This document shows positions 62,956-64,000 of a stretch of DNA of 64,000 nucleotides, in pieces (position 1 is the first letter of the stretch; each line of letters starts with the position of its first letter). The stretch spans positions 12,461,360 through 12,525,359 of the forward strand of contig NC_043019.1 of NCBI RefSeq assembly GCF_006345805.1, written 5' to 3'. The translations under genes and the position numbers were made by a program. The notes under the pieces were generated by a model, which was not told the DNA's origin, ran no database searches, and was given only the letters and a program-made list of their open reading frames with translations. This DNA is from Octopus sinensis (lineage: Eukaryota).

Positions 62956-63349
62956 TCTTTATATATAAAAGTGAGGTTGTGTGTCTGTCTCCTACGATTT
63001 AGATTCCTAACTACTCCCACATTTTGCGGTGCAGTTTAACCAAAACCGGGTATCTTATAGTCGTGATTCATATCGAGACCGTCTGGGTATTAGCGCGCGT
63101 CTACGATGAGTCTACGATTTTAAAAAAATTTACCATCAATTTTTCCCATTTTTAATCCATTTTTGACATATATAAGGGAAGTAACTCTCTAAAATTTATT
63201 ATTAAATCTCAGAACGTAAAAAGCTACAGTAACACCCCTCCCCCTTTGTGGTTAGCCATATTGAGATGGCTATTATACTTTACATCTCTAAAAATGCTTA
63301 TATAATTATTTCCCTTACAAACCCGAGCAACGCCGGGCGATACTGCTAG
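62956..63349 (+). mobile_element. Non-autonomous Helitron-like element
   Basis: 5' A|TCTTTATATATAAAAG; 3' hairpin CCCG-AGCAACGC-CGGG followed by CTAG|T. Confidence 0.65.
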
Positions 63350-63477
63350 TATTACTATAAATGCTTCATACTACATGCATTATATGTGTTAGTAATAGTT
63401 TCACGTACATAAGAATGTTCACCTGTGCCTGATATACGTACTTATGTATTTGCACATACAATGCTTATATATATAGG

Positions 63478-63960
63478 TGTAGGTATGGCTGTGTGGTAAG
63501 AAGTTTGCTTCTCAACCACATGGTTCTGGGTTCAGTCCCACTGCATAGCACCTTGGTCCAGTGTCTTCTACTATAGCCTTGGGCTGACCAAAGCCTTGTG
63601 AATGGATCTGGTAGACAAAAACTGAAAGAAGCCCTCCATATGTATGTAATGTATGTATATAATGTATGTATGTAACGTATGTATGTATATAATGTATGTA
63701 TGTAACGTATGTATGTATATAATGTATGTATTGTATGTATGTAATGTATGTATTTATGTCTGTATTTGTCCTGCCACCATCACTTGTCAACCGATTCTGG
63801 TGTGTTTATGTCCCTGTAACTTAGTGGTTTAGCAAAGCAGACTGATGAAATAAGTACTGACAAAGAATAAGTCCTGGGGTTGATTTCATCAACTTAAAAC
63901 CCTTTAAGACGGTGCTCCAGCATTGCCGGTGTCAAATGACTGAAACAAGTAAAAGAATAA
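63478..63960 (+). mobile_element. CORE-like SINE with expanded internal microsatellite
   Basis: Family head, core and tail all present. Confidence 0.7.
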
Positions 63961-64000
63961 AAAAAACGCGTGTGTGTGTGTGAGAGAGAATGTTTGCAAA

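Overview
Eukaryotic, AT-rich, repeat-dense genomic DNA. The tRNA-derived SINE families and the extreme microsatellite load suggest an Octopus genome; this is recognition, not a database match. Two protein-coding genes are supported. The first is an intronless CFAP57 (WDR65) on the minus strand (28627-24861), broken by one missing base in a T5/A5 run, with RFX X-box-like motifs and a probable 5'UTR intron upstream. The second is the large first coding exon of an SNX19-like PXA/PX sorting nexin on the plus strand (43927-46332); the rest of the window is probably its intron 1. The remainder is SINEs, decayed R4-like, RTE and Penelope retroelements, mariner/Tc1/hAT MITEs, Helitron-like elements and simple repeats. 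The most notable non-coding signal is a set of minimal type-I hammerhead ribozyme motifs from four unrelated sequence families. Several sit in long palindromes, and two canonical-core copies lie in tandem, sense to the SNX19-like intron. Other structures include a ~5.4-kb foldback duplication around a Penelope fragment, an 11 x 41-bp hairpin array inside a LINE, and a locally templated insertion with a 19-bp target duplication. Most ORFs in the supplied track are microsatellite or SINE artefacts.
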